Below are positions 27,820 to 38,408 of a stretch of DNA of 64,000 bases, piece by piece. This stretch comes from Betaproteobacteria bacterium (lineage in GTDB: Bacteria; Pseudomonadota; Gammaproteobacteria; Burkholderiales; Burkholderiaceae_A): assembly GCA_018969705.1 (NCBI GenBank), contig JAGWXV010000001.1, positions 41,128 to 105,127 of the forward strand. Direction: 5' to 3'. The notes beneath the pieces are model-generated. The model made no database searches, was not told where the DNA came from, and saw only the letters and a list, made by a program, of their open reading frames with translations. Numbering within the stretch: the first letter of the stretch is position 1; each line of letters starts with the position of its first letter. The position numbers and the translations under genes are program-made.

Positions 27820-29781
27820 GTGAATTACGCTAAACCCATCCGAGTGCCTAGGGGAAGCCCTTTGTTTTGTTGCGCAGCGATGATCCTCATTGGTTTCGCG
27901 GCGCCATCGACACTTTCGGCAAAGCCCGCAGCAACCGCTGAATCCCCTGCAGCAGTCATTGTTGCGGCAAAAGAAGCTTTTTCGAAAGGCAAGCTGGCTG
28001 AACTCGATCGGCTGACAGCAAAAAGCCAGGGCCAACTGCTCGCCGCCTGGCCAGACTACTGGCGCCTAAAGCTCTTGATCGGCATTCCAAGCTCAGATGC
28101 AAAAACCATTCGCTCTAATGTTCAGGGGTTTCTCGCCCGCCATCCTCAGCATCCGCTGCGTGAAAATGCACAGCGCGACTGGATCGCGGCCCTGGTGACC
28201 AAAAATCTTTGGCCGGATGTCGCCACCGCCTTGGAGACCCTACCAGCCCAGGTCACGAGCCCGAACATTCAATGCGCCCGGGCAAAACTCGGTCTGCTGA
28301 CTTCTGAGCCTTCATCTAGCAAGGCTGAATTCGCGTCACTTGCTGTCGGCCAAGAGGTGCTCGATGCCTGCCTAGCCCTGATCGCTGATCTTGCGAAAGG
28401 TGAACAGGTCGCACTCGGCTATCTCCGGCAGCGTGCCCGCTGGGCGGCACAAAGCGGCAGCGATGCGAGCCACAACCGCATGATGGAGGTCCTGCGCGCG
28501 CATGCGAAATCGCACGAGGCCAGTGTCCGTGGCGCTGATCCGTTAAAAACCGAGACGACGCTCGGCCACGTACTGAAAGTCTCTCGGGTTGATAGCCTGG
28601 CATCACTGCCGCTTTATCTCAAACATAAAAAAGACCTCAGCCATGAGCAGGCTGACTACGGTGCTTTTGCAGTCGGGGCTGCCATCTGGCGCAGAAGTCA
28701 TGCCAATGCTTGGCCAATGATGCTCGAAGGCTGGGCAAGCCTGCGCGATCAGCCCGATGATGCGCTGGCCGCTGCTGCCCGCGAGGCAATTCGACGCTCC
28801 GCATGGCCAAAGCTCTTAGAAATCACCAGCGCGATGCGGCTGCCGATGCGCAGCGAAGCGACATGGCAATACTGGCGTGCCATTGCGCTGATGCAGACCC
28901 AGCAGCGGCCGGAGGCCGAAGAACTATTGCGCGACTTGCGCGATGACTTTGGATTCTACGGACTGCTTGCTCAAGAGATGCTGGGCGCCTCAGTCCGACT
29001 CCCCGTCCGGCCCGACATTACCCTGAGTCCAGAAGATCAGAAAAAACTGGATCGCGATTCTGGAATTCAGCGCAGCTACGCACTGGTTCGCGCTGGCCTT
29101 CGGGCCGAGGCGGTGCTGGAGTGGGGCGCTGCCATGCGGCATCGAAGCGATGCCGAACTTATTCGTGCAGCAGAGCATGCCCGTAAGGCGGGCTTCTACG
29201 ATCGCATGATCGCTGCGGCCGATCGGACCCAGCAAGAACATGATTTTTCACTACGCTATCCAACGCCGTTTAAAGATAAGGTGCTTTCTGCTGCCCAACA
29301 ACGATCGCTGGATCCTTGGTGGGTGCTTGGCCTGATTCGGCAGGAATCCCGATTCATACCCGACATCAAGTCATCGGCAGGTGCTACCGGACTGATGCAG
29401 ATCATGCCGGCTACCGGAAAAATGCTGGCCAAAGAGATTGGACTCGGAAACGCGCGGCCTCTGGTGCTCGCGGATGTGGAGCTGAATGTGAAACTGGGGA
29501 CTACCTATATGCGCCAGTTACAAGACCGATTTGGGGGCTCAGCGCTACTGGCCTCAGCGGCCTACAACGCAGGCCCGTCACGGGCCGTCAATTGGCGGGC
29601 TGCCCTGCCGCGACGCATCGACGGCGCCGCCTTTGCAGAATCGATTCCCTTTCCCGAGACCCGTGACTACGTCAAACGGGTGCTGGCCAACGCAGTGCTG
29701 TACCACGCAGTTCATAATGGCGGCTCGGTTCCCTCGCTTCGGCGACTGCTCGGGGATGTGGCACCGGCAGAATCATCCTAG
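27820..29781 (+). CDS. slt: Soluble lytic murein transglycosylase (Slt70-like); start uncertain (27820 or 27880)
   Basis: C-terminal GLIRQESRF, GATGLMQIMP, AYNAGP and ETRDYVKRV motifs; signal-like N-terminus. Confidence 0.9.
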   Translation: MNYAKPIRVPRGSPLFCCAAMILIGFAAPSTLSAKPAATAESPAAVIVAAKEAFSKGKLAELDRLTAKSQGQLLAAWPDYWRLKLLIGIPSSDAKTIRSNVQGFLARHPQHPLRENAQRDWIAALVTKNLWPDVATALETLPAQVTSPNIQCARAKLGLLTSEPSSSKAEFASLAVGQEVLDACLALIADLAKGEQVALGYLRQRARWAAQSGSDASHNRMMEVLRAHAKSHEASVRGADPLKTETTLGHVLKVSRVDSLASLPLYLKHKKDLSHEQADYGAFAVGAAIWRRSHANAWPMMLEGWASLRDQPDDALAAAAREAIRRSAWPKLLEITSAMRLPMRSEATWQYWRAIALMQTQQRPEAEELLRDLRDDFGFYGLLAQEMLGASVRLPVRPDITLSPEDQKKLDRDSGIQRSYALVRAGLRAEAVLEWGAAMRHRSDAELIRAAEHARKAGFYDRMIAAADRTQQEHDFSLRYPTPFKDKVLSAAQQRSLDPWWVLGLIRQESRFIPDIKSSAGATGLMQIMPATGKMLAKEIGLGNARPLVLADVELNVKLGTTYMRQLQDRFGGSALLASAAYNAGPSRAVNWRAALPRRIDGAAFAESIPFPETRDYVKRVLANAVLYHAVHNGGSVPSLRRLLGDVAPAESS

Positions 29782-29814
29782 CCGCCACGCCTCCTTTTCA
29801 GTGAAGGTCCTCTC

Positions 29815-30777
29815 ATGTCGCTTTTACACGCTGATGTTGTGATTGTTGGTGGCGCCGGCTTCATTGGCCGGGCCCTTGCAGCCAAACTCATCTCGCGCAA
29901 TAAATCTGTACGCATCATCACGCGTAAGCGTGAGCGGGCTCGGGCGCTCTGGCCGCTTCCTCGAATTGAAATCGTTGAGGCCAACCCCAACGAGGAGGCC
30001 TCACTATACGAGGCCTTGGAAAATGCGGATGCGGTCATCAATCTGGTCGGCGTACTTCATAGCAAGACCGGCAGGCCTTGGGGGCCTGATTTCGATGCGG
30101 CCCATGTCAAGCTTCCTGCCCGGATCGCGCGGTGCATGAATCGACGAAAAATCTCTCGGCTGATTCACATCAGCGCGCTTGGCGCCTCCGATCAGGCGCC
30201 CTCGATGTATCTGCGATCAAAGGCAGCGGGCGAGGCAGCCCTGCGCGCAAATCAATCACTTGAGCTCACAATTCTGCGGCCCTCGGTCGTATTCGGCGCG
30301 GAAGATCAATTTATGAATCTCTTTGGCCGAATGCAGAAGGTCTTGCCGATCATTCCCCTGGCGACACCGCATGCCCGATTCCAGCCGATTGCGGTAACAG
30401 ACCTGGCTGTAGCGATTGCCAACTGCTTGGACCATCCAGCGACCTCAGGAAAGCACTATGAGTGTGTTGGGCCTGAAGTTTTAACACTCTATGAACTTGT
30501 GCACTGGGCAGGCGTATACGCCGGATGCCCGCGGCCGATCATTCCGCTTCCTGATGGCGCGGCATGGGTGCAGGCCTGGATTATGGAAAACCTGCCCGGC
30601 AAGCCTTTGATGTCGCGCGATAACCTAGCATCGGCCAGCGTGCCCAACGTGGGCAATGGCCCAATGGCGGCAGAGCTCGGTATCGCCAGCCCGCAATCCA
30701 TACACTCGGTCGTGCCGACTTATCTGGGCTCGGAAACGCCGCGCGCCCGATTGGCAGATCGACGCGCAAAAACCTGA
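29815..30777 (+). CDS. Complex I NDUFA9 family atypical SDR
   Basis: GGAGFIG, VINLVG, HISALG, YLRSK and RPSVVFG.ED motifs. Confidence 0.9.
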   Translation: MSLLHADVVIVGGAGFIGRALAAKLISRNKSVRIITRKRERARALWPLPRIEIVEANPNEEASLYEALENADAVINLVGVLHSKTGRPWGPDFDAAHVKLPARIARCMNRRKISRLIHISALGASDQAPSMYLRSKAAGEAALRANQSLELTILRPSVVFGAEDQFMNLFGRMQKVLPIIPLATPHARFQPIAVTDLAVAIANCLDHPATSGKHYECVGPEVLTLYELVHWAGVYAGCPRPIIPLPDGAAWVQAWIMENLPGKPLMSRDNLASASVPNVGNGPMAAELGIASPQSIHSVVPTYLGSETPRARLADRRAKT

Positions 30778-30825
30778 GGGGAAACTAGACTGCGCAAGGA
30801 TGTCCAAGATCGCCTCAAGCCCCTG

Positions 30826-32010
30826 GTGGAGGCCCTACATCAGGCTGATCCCATTCGGACGAAACTGCCAGCATCGATTGAGATCTTTTGTGTAGGTGGT
30901 GCAGTACGTGATGCACTTCTGGGGCTGCCGGATAGCGACCGTGACTATGTTGTAGTGGGCGGCACCCCCGAAGCGATGCACAGCGCAGGATTTACTCCGG
31001 TGGGGCAAGACTTTCCCGTATTTCTGCATCCGGTCACACACGAGGAATATGCGCTGGCCCGCACTGAGCGCAAAACGGCAAGCGGCTATAAAGGATTTAG
31101 CTTTCAGGCAGATCCCTCTGTAACCCTCACCCAGGACCTGATGCGACGCGACTTAACGATTAATGCTATCGCCTTAAGTCGTGAGGGTGTCCTAATTGAT
31201 CCCTGTGGCGGCCTGCACGACCTGCAGGCCCAGTGCTTGCGTCATGTTGGCCCAGCATTTTCTGAAGATCCCGTTCGGCTCTTACGGCTGGCCCGATTTG
31301 CAGCACGCTGGCCTCACTTTTCGATTGCAGAATCTACGTTAGCGCTCTGCCGGGAGATTGTTTCGCGGCATGAAGCCCAGGCCCTTGTCCCTGAGCGTGT
31401 CTGGCAGGAAATCGCAAAGGGGCTCATGGAATCACAGCCCTCGCGAATGCTTGATGTCCTGGTTTCAACGGGCGCATGGATGTCCCTTGCCGAGAAGCTT
31501 CCCGCCCCAAGCTTAGTCACGCAGCAGCAGATCGATCAGGCGGCAAAAGAGTCTGCAGCCTTAGAGTGCCGCTTTGGGCTACTGATGTTAAATGCAGGCC
31601 GGGATCCACTGCCGCCCGGGCTATTTAAGGCGCCGCGGGCCTGCCTCGAGCTGGCCGAGCTTTTACAGCGACAGCTCTTGCAGCCCGAGCGCTTCAGTTC
31701 GCTTGTTTCCCCAAAAGATTCAGATGCGCTTGCCGCGCTTTTAGAGTGGCTTAGCCATGCCGATGCACAACGCCGGCCCGAACGGTTTCAACAGCTTTTA
31801 GACTGCATTCGCATCACGGGCGTTCTTTCAGAACAGCAGATCGATCGCCTCGCTGCTTATGCAAAGCATCTTTGCCAAGAGACAGCCCAGCAACAAATCG
31901 CGCTCGCAGTTCGCCAGGCGCAGCAAACAGGCGATTCAGTTACGGATGCTGCCCGCAAAGCAAGGCTCGCTGTATTGCGTTCGCATCCCGATTTACGATC
32001 AATTCCATAG
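30826..32010 (+). CDS. cca: CCA tRNA nucleotidyltransferase (no HD domain)
   Basis: VGGAVRD..LG...DRD, EEYALARTERK, RRDLTINA and EDPVRLLR motifs. Confidence 0.93.
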   Translation: MEALHQADPIRTKLPASIEIFCVGGAVRDALLGLPDSDRDYVVVGGTPEAMHSAGFTPVGQDFPVFLHPVTHEEYALARTERKTASGYKGFSFQADPSVTLTQDLMRRDLTINAIALSREGVLIDPCGGLHDLQAQCLRHVGPAFSEDPVRLLRLARFAARWPHFSIAESTLALCREIVSRHEAQALVPERVWQEIAKGLMESQPSRMLDVLVSTGAWMSLAEKLPAPSLVTQQQIDQAAKESAALECRFGLLMLNAGRDPLPPGLFKAPRACLELAELLQRQLLQPERFSSLVSPKDSDALAALLEWLSHADAQRRPERFQQLLDCIRITGVLSEQQIDRLAAYAKHLCQETAQQQIALAVRQAQQTGDSVTDAARKARLAVLRSHPDLRSIP

Positions 32011-32021
32011 CCCCCGCGTAT

Positions 32022-33242
32022 TTAAGCAGCCAGAACGCTAGCCAGCCGATCGCCTTCGGCAAAAGCAGGCGTAATTAAAGATGCGCGGACTTCGTCTTGA
32101 AGTCCTTTTGTCAGCAATAAGACTTTAAATACCTCTCCCATCTCCGACTCCGAGACCAGCATCTGGAGCTGCTGCAGTAACTGCGCCCGCTGGACCGCCT
32201 GCGTCACGGTTTGCAGCATGGGCGCCAGGATCTGCAGGATGTTGCAATTCAATAAAAACCGGCCCTGACTCACAAAGCCTTCGACTCGAAAGCCGGCGGC
32301 CTGGGCCTCGGTTGTGACTTGTGTGAAATCCAGGTGGGCTGTGAGATCCTGCTGCCCAATGCGCATTAAAAGCGCATCACGCGCATCGATCCTCTGATGG
32401 TGCCAGTGGGCGCAAAGCGTGCCATCGGATCGGCCTGGCTGATCCAGTTCAGCGCGTCCGAATCCATAATCCAGCAGTAAGACTGCGCCGCAATCGAGTG
32501 AGTCGAACAAGGAGCGCAGCCAGGGGCCAGTCCAAGGCGCCCATTCACCGCGATAGCCCTGATCCCAGGGCAGGCCCCGCTGCTCGGCCAATGACTGCCG
32601 CTGCATTACGGCCTGCTGAAGCATCGGCCCAGCGGGGCGACTGGACCAGCAAAAACCCGATCCTTGTGCTGAGGTAGCCGACGCGCCCGAACCAAGACTG
32701 ACGCCCCACTCCAAGACCTGGTCTCCGCCTGCCCACTCAAAACATTTCACAGGCATGGCGTCTAAAACCTCGTTGGCCAAAATCAGCCCCGAGAACCCGG
32801 GCTTGGGGCTTTTTAGCCATTGAATCTGGTGGTCCCCTGACATCCGTTGCTGCTGTTGGTGCTCTAAATCGGCACTCGGCTCGATCAGCTCAAGCGCAAT
32901 TTCACCAGCCTGAGCGGCCTCTCGAAGGCCCGCTGCCAAATCGCCCCGTCCGCCACCGAACTCGCGAATGCGCAGGGCAGAGGCCTTGCCACCTGACTGG
33001 CATAGCGCCTGCCGAAGCGGCTGGACCCAGGACCAGATAGCTTTGGCCAGCCAGGGGCCAAGCATCGGCGCGGTGATGAAATCTCCATTGGCAGACGATT
33101 TTTCTGACGGAAACGGCTCACCCCCGCCGCAGTAATAGCCGAGCCGGGGGGTGTACAGGGCCAGATGCATGAATTCATCAAATCCAATCCAGCCGCCTGC
33201 TTGCTCAATCTGGGTGCGAATCCGCAACGACAGCTCATCCAT
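32022..33242 (-). CDS. MidA/NDUFAF7 family SAM-dependent methyltransferase
   Basis: FM..ALY.P..GYY, DFITAP, EFGGGRG, ANEVLDAMP, DYG, QDLTAHLDF and EMGEVFK motifs. Confidence 0.9.
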   Translation of the reverse strand: MDELSLRIRTQIEQAGGWIGFDEFMHLALYTPRLGYYCGGGEPFPSEKSSANGDFITAPMLGPWLAKAIWSWVQPLRQALCQSGGKASALRIREFGGGRGDLAAGLREAAQAGEIALELIEPSADLEHQQQQRMSGDHQIQWLKSPKPGFSGLILANEVLDAMPVKCFEWAGGDQVLEWGVSLGSGASATSAQGSGFCWSSRPAGPMLQQAVMQRQSLAEQRGLPWDQGYRGEWAPWTGPWLRSLFDSLDCGAVLLLDYGFGRAELDQPGRSDGTLCAHWHHQRIDARDALLMRIGQQDLTAHLDFTQVTTEAQAAGFRVEGFVSQGRFLLNCNILQILAPMLQTVTQAVQRAQLLQQLQMLVSESEMGEVFKVLLLTKGLQDEVRASLITPAFAEGDRLASVLAA

Positions 33243-33275
33243 GGCCTTGAGGGTATCAAAGCTAAACTTCAGGCC

Positions 33276-34091
33276 ATGCAAGCCGTTCAGCCCAGCAATT
33301 CGTCCACCCCCACCGCGCGGCCTGCCTGCCTGATTACCGGCGCTGCGGTTCGATTAGGCAGAACCATCGCGCAAGCAATGTCGGCCTGCGGCTGGGATGT
33401 CGCCATTCACTACCGACACTCCCAATCCGCTGCCGAGGATCTGGCGCAGGCGCTGACACAGCAGGACCGGGCAGCCGCTTGTTTTCAATCTGATCTCGAA
33501 TCCGCCCAGGCCATCGGACAGCTCTTTGATCGTGTTGTCGGGCGTTTCCCGCGGCTGTCCTGCATTATCAATAACGCCTCGCAGTTTGAGTTCGATCGGC
33601 CCGAGACTGTGAGTGCGGCCCTTCTGGAGTCCCACACCCAAACCAATCTCATCGCGCCGGTGCTGCTGACCCGCCACCTGCATGCGTTTCTTGCACCAAG
33701 CCATCAACACGGACAAGATCCGGCAGGCGTTGTCATCCATCTTCTTGATCAAAAACTCGTGAATCCGAATCCTGATTTTTTTTCTTACACCGTGTCAAAG
33801 GCCGCACTGCTTGAAGCCACTCGGCTCTGCGCGGCCGCCTTGGCACCCGTATTACGGGTTGTGGCGATTGCACCCGGAATTACATTGGCTTCTGCCGACC
33901 AGACCGAGGCCGAGTTTCAAAAAGCCCACACCATGACGCCGCTGGGTGCCTCCAGCCGGCCGGAAGAGATTGCTGATGCGGTGGTCTGGCTGGCCCGGGC
34001 GCGGGCAGTGACTGGCACGATGCTGCTGGTTGATGGCGGCCAGCATCTGAGTCCACTGCCGCGGGATGTCATGATGATGATTCGATCATGA
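33276..34091 (+). CDS. SDR pteridine reductase (FolM-like)
   Basis: TGAAVRLG, NNAS, YTVSK and VDGGQH motifs; directly upstream of folB. Confidence 0.85.
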   Translation: MQAVQPSNSSTPTARPACLITGAAVRLGRTIAQAMSACGWDVAIHYRHSQSAAEDLAQALTQQDRAAACFQSDLESAQAIGQLFDRVVGRFPRLSCIINNASQFEFDRPETVSAALLESHTQTNLIAPVLLTRHLHAFLAPSHQHGQDPAGVVIHLLDQKLVNPNPDFFSYTVSKAALLEATRLCAAALAPVLRVVAIAPGITLASADQTEAEFQKAHTMTPLGASSRPEEIADAVVWLARARAVTGTMLLVDGGQHLSPLPRDVMMMIRS

Positions 34092-34471
34092 TGCTGCTTG
34101 ACTCCCGACTCTCTGACTGCCGAAGAATTTTTTTGCAAGATCTTGCAATCGATGCATCGATTGGCTTTCATGACTTTGAAAAAAAAGCTCCCCAGCGGAT
34201 GCTAATTAGTATTGACCTCTTTGTTCCGATCAGTGCCAGCACGTCGGCCCACGATGAGGTAAAAGATGTCATTGACTATGACTTTGTTCGGCTTGGCGTG
34301 AAAACCCTCGCCCAATCACGGCACTTCAATCTTCAAGAGACCCTGCTCGATCAGATCTGCGAACTCTGTCTAAAGACCCCGGGCGTGCGCGCGGTAAGGG
34401 CCGAAAGCCAAAAACCCGATGTGTATCCGGATTGCAGAACGGTCGGCATTGAAGTCTTTCGCTGGGGCTAG
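34088..34471 (+). CDS. folB: Dihydroneopterin aldolase
   Basis: IG.HDFE...PQR, IDYD, LQETL and KPDVY motifs. Confidence 0.88.
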   Translation: MMLLDSRLSDCRRIFLQDLAIDASIGFHDFEKKAPQRMLISIDLFVPISASTSAHDEVKDVIDYDFVRLGVKTLAQSRHFNLQETLLDQICELCLKTPGVRAVRAESQKPDVYPDCRTVGIEVFRWG

Positions 34472-34476
34472 CCGAT

Positions 34477-35316
34477 ATGGGACACCACGATAAAGCAGCC
34501 TTTGAGGCCAACAAACTCTCAAAACGCCTGCATCGCCTCACCGGCCAGGCCATTATCGATTTCAACATGATCGAAGCGGGCGATCGGGTCATGGTCTGCA
34601 TGTCGGGCGGCAAAGACAGCTATGGCCTATTGGATATTCTTTTAAGCCTGCAGTCCCGTGCGCCGATTACTTTTGAATTGATTGCAGTCAATCTGGACCA
34701 AGGCCATCCCGGCTTTCCCAAAGACACGCTACCCAACTACCTGCGCCAGCGCGGTGTGAAATTTCACATCGAGACCCAGGATACTTATTCAATTGTCAAA
34801 CGCGTGATTCCAGAAGGCAAAACCATGTGCTCGCTCTGCTCACGCCTGCGGCGCGGAATCATCTACCGCCTGGCCTCGGAACTCGGCGCCACCAAGATCG
34901 CCTTAGGCCATCATCGCGACGATATTTTGCAAACCTTTTTTCTGAATCTTTTTTTTGGTGGTAGCCTGAAGTCAATGCCACCGAAGCTGGTTTCGGATGA
35001 TGGCCGGCATATCGTGATTCGGCCGCTGGCATATTGCGAAGAATCTGATTTGCAGCGCTGGGCTGAGTTGCAGGAATTTCCAATCATTCCCTGTGATTTG
35101 TGCGGCTCGCAAGAAAACCTTCAGCGCCAACAAATCAAACGCATGCTGCAGGAATGGGATCGTCAGACCCCGGGCCGCACCGCCACCATGTTTCAGGCCT
35201 TGGGCAATATAGCGCCCTCGCACCTGCTGGACCCCCGTCGTCATGATTTCAAGAATATCCGACCCGACTGTGTTCCGAATCCAGACGGTGATCGAGCGTT
35301 TGATCCGAACTGCTAG
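34477..35316 (+). CDS. ttcA: tRNA 2-thiocytidine(32) synthetase
   Basis: SGGKDS PP-loop, [16 protein letters not shown] and PCDLCGSQ motifs. Confidence 0.96.
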   Translation: MGHHDKAAFEANKLSKRLHRLTGQAIIDFNMIEAGDRVMVCMSGGKDSYGLLDILLSLQSRAPITFELIAVNLDQGHPGFPKDTLPNYLRQRGVKFHIETQDTYSIVKRVIPEGKTMCSLCSRLRRGIIYRLASELGATKIALGHHRDDILQTFFLNLFFGGSLKSMPPKLVSDDGRHIVIRPLAYCEESDLQRWAELQEFPIIPCDLCGSQENLQRQQIKRMLQEWDRQTPGRTATMFQALGNIAPSHLLDPRRHDFKNIRPDCVPNPDGDRAFDPNC

Positions 35317-35325
35317 ACCCAGCCA

Positions 35326-36900
35326 ATGCGTTCGTTATTTCGACTTCTTGCAATTGTTCGAGTTTTTCTCCGTCACGGCCTCGATCAACTCGCGCTTGAT
35401 GGGGCTGCCCGAACCTTTGACTCGCGACTGCTCACGACAATCCTAAAGCTCTCACGCATCGGCCGTACCATCACCACACCACGCGGTGTTCGACTGCGGC
35501 TAGCGCTCGAGGAGCTCGGACCGATCTTTGTAAAGTTCGGCCAGGTGCTCTCAACCCGGCGTGATGTCTTGGCCGAGGACATCGCAGATGAGCTGGCCAA
35601 ACTTCAGGATCAGGTGCCGCCTTTCGACTCAAATCTTGCGGTCGCCACAATTGAGCGGGCATTCGGAACATCTATCTCTGCCTTGTTCTCTGAATTCGAC
35701 CGTACCCCGATTGCCAGCGCCTCAATTGCACAGGTCCACCTCGGCCGGCTCATCGACGGCCGCGAAGTCGCCGTTAAAGTACTGCGGCCTGGCATGCTGA
35801 AAATCATTGAACAGGATCTTGCCTGGCTAAAACTGATTGCGCGATTTGTTGCACGATTTTCTAGCGATGGCCGCCGACTAAAACCAGTTGAAAACGTCGA
35901 GGAATTCGACGGCTATCTGCACGATGAGCTTGATCTTGTTCGCGAGGCGGCCAATGCAAGCCAGCTGCGCCGCAATTTCGCTGACTCGGGGCTTCTAAAA
36001 ATTCCGGAAATGATTTGGGATCTCTGCCGGCCGGATGTGATTGTCATGGAGCGCATCTACGGTATTCCGATTAACCGCTTTGAAGAACTTAGGGCCAAAG
36101 GCATCGATTTAAAGCAGCTCTCACGGCATGGGGTGGAGATTTTTTTCACCCAAGTGTTTCGTGACGGCTACTTTCATGCCGATATGCATCCGGGAAATAT
36201 TCTGGTGGCCGATCGGGGCCCGCACTTTGGAAAATACATTGCGCTGGACTTTGGCATCGTGGGGACGCTGTCCGAGGTCGATAAAAACTATCTGGCGCAA
36301 AATTTTCTCGCCTTTTTTCGTCGTGATTACCGGCGCGTCGCCGAGCTGCATGTCGAATCCGGCTGGGTGCCCGCCGAAAGCCGGGTGGACGCACTTGAAA
36401 TTGCAATCCGTGGCGTCTGTGAGCCCTTCTTTGATCGGCCGTTAAAGGAAATCTCCCTGGGCCAGGTGCTGGTTCGGCTTTTTCAGGTCTCACGCCGCTT
36501 TAATGTGGTGATCCAGCCGCAGCTGACCCTACTGCAGAAAACGCTGCTCAATGTGGAGGGCCTGGGCCGGCAGCTGGACCCCGATCTCGATCTCTGGAAG
36601 ACCGCGATGCCATTTCTGGAGCGCTGGATGCAGGAGCAGATTGGCTTTCGGGCGCTGAGAAAAAATCTACAAAAGGAATCGGAGCGCTGGGCCCAAACCC
36701 TGCCGCAGCTGCCGCGGCTTGTCCATCAGGCCCTTGCTCAGGCAGCGCAGGGCGGTCATGGCGAAATCCAGATCCGATTGCGTGAGCTCGCCGCTGAGCA
36801 GCAGCGGCTGCGCCGGGCGATTTGGATCTTGGCCGGATTACTGCTTGCCGTGCTTGCTGTGTTGGGGCTCGGACTTGGTGGAACCCCGCTCTTTTTCTAA
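35326..36900 (+). CDS. ubiB: Ubiquinone biosynthesis regulatory kinase UbiB
   Basis: [40 protein letters not shown] and DFGIVG motifs. Confidence 0.96.
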   Translation: MRSLFRLLAIVRVFLRHGLDQLALDGAARTFDSRLLTTILKLSRIGRTITTPRGVRLRLALEELGPIFVKFGQVLSTRRDVLAEDIADELAKLQDQVPPFDSNLAVATIERAFGTSISALFSEFDRTPIASASIAQVHLGRLIDGREVAVKVLRPGMLKIIEQDLAWLKLIARFVARFSSDGRRLKPVENVEEFDGYLHDELDLVREAANASQLRRNFADSGLLKIPEMIWDLCRPDVIVMERIYGIPINRFEELRAKGIDLKQLSRHGVEIFFTQVFRDGYFHADMHPGNILVADRGPHFGKYIALDFGIVGTLSEVDKNYLAQNFLAFFRRDYRRVAELHVESGWVPAESRVDALEIAIRGVCEPFFDRPLKEISLGQVLVRLFQVSRRFNVVIQPQLTLLQKTLLNVEGLGRQLDPDLDLWKTAMPFLERWMQEQIGFRALRKNLQKESERWAQTLPQLPRLVHQALAQAAQGGHGEIQIRLRELAAEQQRLRRAIWILAGLLLAVLAVLGLGLGGTPLFF

Positions 36901-36924
36901 ACCAAAAGGCCCAATAGCCCCTCC

Positions 36925-36970
36925 TATAATCGGGACTTGCCCACAGTTCCGCTTGCTGCCGAAAGGAGGT
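36925..36970 (+). promoter_or_regulatory. Putative -10 box, leader hairpin and strong SD of the SSS-glmU-glmS unit
   Basis: TATAAT 36925-30; stem CGGGACT/AGTTCCG; AGGAGGT SD. Confidence 0.5.
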
Positions 36971-36974
36971 CTAC

Positions 36975-38408
36975 ATGCTGCTCGGTTTGGTTATCGCTTA
37001 TCTGCTGATATCGATCGCTATTGGTTTGTACGGCGCTACGAAAGTCCATAACGCACGCGACTACGTGACCGCCGGCCGCAACCTGCCAATGGCCATGGTG
37101 CTGGCGATGGTGTTCGCGACCTGGTTTGGCGCAGAGACTGTACTGGGAATTTCCGCCACTTTTCTTGAAGAGGGTGCGCGCGGCCTGATTTCAGATCCAC
37201 TGGGCGCATCGTTGTGCCTGGTGCTGTTTGGCCTAGTGTTTGCTCGGCCCCTATACAAAATGAATCTGCTGACACTGGGCGACTATTTTCGTATTCGCTA
37301 TAACCGTCAGACCGAGCTGATTTTGTCCATCTGCATCGTCATCTCCTACTTGGGATGGGTATCGGCGCAGATTACCGCCCTCGGGCTGGTCTTTAATGTG
37401 CTGTCAGACGATGCGATCTCGCAGGCCCAGGGCATGCTGATCGGCGCCGCTGTGGTGCTGATCTACACCATCTTCGGCGGCATGTGGTCGGTGGCGCTCA
37501 CGACGTTTGTGCAGATGATTGTGATCGTGATTGGACTGCTTCTGGTCACCCAAAATGCAGCTGATCAGGCCGGTGGCATCGGCCAAGTCTTTGCCAAAGC
37601 AGCGGCGGAAGGAAAGTTTGAGTGGCTCCCGAGTATGGATGCGATTGAAATTCTTGGCTGGGTCGCCGCATTGGTCACGATGGCCCTCGGATCGATTCCC
37701 CAGCAGGACGTTTTCCAGCGCGTGAATTCATCGAAAAATGAAACTGTTGCCGTATGGGGCACAACCTTTGGCGGCTTAAGTTACTTCTTTTTTGCTGCAG
37801 TGCCGTTGTTTTTGGCGTACACCGCCACCATCATCGATCCAGAGATGGTGAAAAAGTTTCTTGAAGAAGACTCGCAGATGATTCTGCCCTCGCTGATCAT
37901 GGGCCATATGCCTTTCTGGCTGCAGGTTGTCTTCTTTGGAGCGCTGATCTCGGTCATCATGAGCACCGCCTCGGGCACGCTCTTGGCGCCTTCCGTAACA
38001 TTTGCTGAAAACATTTTAAAGGGCTTCGCACCGCGTATGAATGATCAGCAGTTTCTCTGGTCATTGCGCGCCACCGTATTGGTCTTCACGATCATCGTCA
38101 CGTTTTACTCGATCATGACCGATGAGAGTATTCATGGCATGGTCGAAAATGCCTACCGCATCACACTTGCCGGCGCCTTCGTGCCGCTGGCAGCAGGCCT
38201 TTTTTGGAAAAGGGCCAGCAATCTCGGTGCTGGGCTTGCCATTACCGCGGGCCTCAGTGTCTGGCTGGTGTTGGAGATCCTTGGAATTGAAGAGCCTGTC
38301 GAGCCTCAACTGATCGGACTGATTGCCAGCGCCCTCGGCATGCTAATTGGCTCCACGATTTCGCCGAATCGGGCCCATGGCCATGGTGGGGAAGCCCGGC
38401 ACGTATGA
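36975..38408 (+). CDS. Sodium:solute symporter family protein
   Basis: DY..AGR, ATWFGAE, GGMWSVALT and GSIPQQDVFQRV motifs; many TM helices. Confidence 0.92.
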   Translation: MLLGLVIAYLLISIAIGLYGATKVHNARDYVTAGRNLPMAMVLAMVFATWFGAETVLGISATFLEEGARGLISDPLGASLCLVLFGLVFARPLYKMNLLTLGDYFRIRYNRQTELILSICIVISYLGWVSAQITALGLVFNVLSDDAISQAQGMLIGAAVVLIYTIFGGMWSVALTTFVQMIVIVIGLLLVTQNAADQAGGIGQVFAKAAAEGKFEWLPSMDAIEILGWVAALVTMALGSIPQQDVFQRVNSSKNETVAVWGTTFGGLSYFFFAAVPLFLAYTATIIDPEMVKKFLEEDSQMILPSLIMGHMPFWLQVVFFGALISVIMSTASGTLLAPSVTFAENILKGFAPRMNDQQFLWSLRATVLVFTIIVTFYSIMTDESIHGMVENAYRITLAGAFVPLAAGLFWKRASNLGAGLAITAGLSVWLVLEILGIEEPVEPQLIGLIASALGMLIGSTISPNRAHGHGGEARHV

